Shown: positions 34,233-35,885 of the stretch, piece by piece | How positions within the stretch are numbered: position 1 is the stretch's first letter | Layout of the letters: each line of letters begins with the position of its first letter | Assembly: GCA_041747055.1 (NCBI GenBank) | Contig: JBGTFX010000321.1 | Location: 1-35,885 of the forward strand | Reading direction: 5' to 3' | DNA: 35,885 nucleotides | Origin: Balneolaceae bacterium | GTDB taxonomy: Bacteria; Bacteroidota; Rhodothermia; Balneolales; Balneolaceae | Notes under the pieces: model-generated | Told to the model about the DNA's origin: nothing | Seen by the model: the letters and a program-made list of their open reading frames with translations, nothing else | Databases searched by the model: none | Translations under genes and position numbers: made by a program

Positions 34233-35885
34233 CTAAAATCGAAACTCACCTTTCAACACAAATGTAAAACCCTGTCTTGCAGCCAGGGGATGGGAATAGT
34301 CTTCTTTGTTAAGTACATTTTTTAGCATGATAACAGACCTGAACCGCTGCTCCCAAAACCATTTTGCAACCTGCAGATCAATTTTGACAGGAGTTGGTGT
34401 TTTCTTTGAAAAAGTACCAAACGAAAAAGGCACCTGTGAATTAAAACTCCTGAACTGTTCACCGTCAAGTGCTTCAAACTCATCCCATTGTGAGACGGAT
34501 CGATAATGTAATTTTGATTGAAGCTCCAAATCCCTAAATGGCTGCCAAACCACAGAATAATTCATCAAAAAATCCGGGGCTGTTTTCCAATAAGATTGAT
34601 ATTCCAGATCCCCGGTTAATGTACTGTTAAAATGAATTCTCAAATCATGCCGAAACAGGGAGGAGGGAGTATGCTGAAGATTGAACACACCATCAAAACG
34701 CGTTCCGCTCTGATTTACAAATAATGTGTATTCGCCCGGAAATGTGTGAAAATCCAAATTATATTCTACCCGCTGAAACGGAATATGAAATGCCTGATGG
34801 GTAATATGAGCCAGGTTTACCTCTATACTAATCTTCGAAGAAAGTCTGAATTCCTGATCCATGTGAATCGAAATCCGGCGACTTTTTTCGATCTCTGATG
34901 GAATCAAAAATGAAATCCCAAAATTATTATAGAGTGATGAACCCTGCGTTACCCAATAGTCTTGAGCATTGGAAAATTCAGGCAGCATCTCAGAGAAGTT
35001 TACCGATAATTCTGTTGTCCATCGATCTGACAAATTAATCAAAAAACCGGCTTTCGATTGTATCGCCGAAGCATCCCTGTTAATGATAATATTGTGACCG
35101 GAGAGAAATGAAAGGGATTCTAACAGTTCATTTTTTGTATTTAAAAAAAGATCAACGTATTCCCGATTTTCATTACCAAGACCTGGAGCTGATGTATTTA
35201 TTGATCGTATCCGACTGCCAAATTCCAGATAACTTGTTCGGGATGTACGGTTCGCTGAAACATAGAAATCCGTTGTTTCTTCAGACCAATCAAAATTGTG
35301 CTCGAAAAAGTTACGCCTATAATCCAACGTTTTATTCTGCACCTGAAGATAAGAGCGAATTCCCCATTCAGAATTAATGTCACCATCAGCAGCAAGCGTA
35401 AATTGTCTCATTCCTAGTCCGGTGGGCACTTCTCTACCCAGCGGCTGAAAAAACAGAAATTCTTGACTATCTCCGTGAATTACCCTCGCCCGAATCCTTA
35501 AATGATCATGTTCATAACCTCCTTCAATCATCCCGGTTGTGGTTACGGAATTAACACTCAAAAACTCACCGGAATCAGGAAATCCAACCATATTCTTCAT
35601 TCTTCCCTGTACGGATAAGTCACTATTTAAGTGCTGATGATACCTGATCACTCCTTTTCCATACCAGTTACCGGATTTATAGGATGAAGTCACATCCACT
35701 GCTGGGCCAAATCGTTCTTTATTGGGAGAAACCCGATCAGAATCAAACACCCATGGACCCGGTTCGCCTGCTTCATTTAAAATCATCCCGGATCCAAAAA
35801 AGGAAATACCCTCTTTGAGAGGAATACTTTTGATTGCGACTAATCCCGATGAAAAAGGAACGCCTTTTTTCGTCCCAAACCCATA
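34233..35885 (-). CDS. Partial outer-membrane beta-barrel, TonB-dependent-receptor-like (5' end outside the window)
   Basis: The frame is open from the window end (YGFGTKKGVPFSSGLVAIKS..) through the ORF-track M. Amphipathic strands; KNVLNKEDY..FVLKGEFRF with terminal Phe. Confidence 0.75.
   Translation of the reverse strand, partial: YGFGTKKGVPFSSGLVAIKSIPLKEGISFFGSGMILNEAGEPGPWVFDSDRVSPNKERFGPAVDVTSSYKSGNWYGKGVIRYHQHLNSDLSVQGRMKNMVGFPDSGEFLSVNSVTTTGMIEGGYEHDHLRIRARVIHGDSQEFLFFQPLGREVPTGLGMRQFTLAADGDINSEWGIRSYLQVQNKTLDYRRNFFEHNFDWSEETTDFYVSANRTSRTSYLEFGSRIRSINTSAPGLGNENREYVDLFLNTKNELLESLSFLSGHNIIINRDASAIQSKAGFLINLSDRWTTELSVNFSEMLPEFSNAQDYWVTQGSSLYNNFGISFLIPSEIEKSRRISIHMDQEFRLSSKISIEVNLAHITHQAFHIPFQRVEYNLDFHTFPGEYTLFVNQSGTRFDGVFNLQHTPSSLFRHDLRIHFNSTLTGDLEYQSYWKTAPDFLMNYSVVWQPFRDLELQSKLHYRSVSQWDEFEALDGEQFRSFNSQVPFSFGTFSKKTPTPVKIDLQVAKWFWEQRFRSVIMLKNVLNKEDYSHPLAARQGFTFVLKGEFRF

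Noticed and set aside
745-35395. The many 60-150 aa ORFs nested in or antisense to the main genes (e.g. 7834-8280, 28044-28466, 28288-28713, 20806-21135)
   Set aside because: They are shadows of well-supported genes; the Ser/Phe-rich translations mirror Glu/Lys-rich sense strands.

Overview
Bacterial chromosomal window, mostly housekeeping. The gene content and protein styles suggest an FCB-group organism, most likely Balneolota or a Bacteroidota relative (inference). Left to right: probable left end and transposase start of an IS982-like element cut by the window edge; ruvB-metK; two tandem secreted amidohydrolases (one intact, one with degenerate metal ligands); mgtE with a candidate leader uORF; uvrA; two tandem OMP beta-barrel genes; two paralogous membrane proteins plus an ABC ATPase; a lipoprotein; a group II PLP decarboxylase. 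Next is a small AT-rich defence island: a frameshifted XRE antitoxin, a toxin 3' remnant, and a convergent type II R-M pair whose methyltransferase carries an N-terminal MerR-like HTH. A long, tightly packed minus-strand run follows: gcvT-comB-ftsK-lolA-LPG synthase-like-OM barrel-small HU-HU/TM/SPOR-exbB-exbD-tonB. The window ends with a deletion scar containing a GxxExxY remnant and periodic AATC repeats, mrp, an iodotyrosine-deiodinase-like nitroreductase and a partial TonB-dependent-receptor-like gene. Several different REP-like palindromes sit in the intergenic gaps. The best candidate for an uncharacterised system is the HU + HU-TM-SPOR + ExbBD-TonB + OM barrel module encoded with FtsK, a possible nucleoid-to-septum-to-outer-membrane link. 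No rRNA, tRNA or CRISPR array was seen. All family assignments are from motif recognition by eye; no searches were run.
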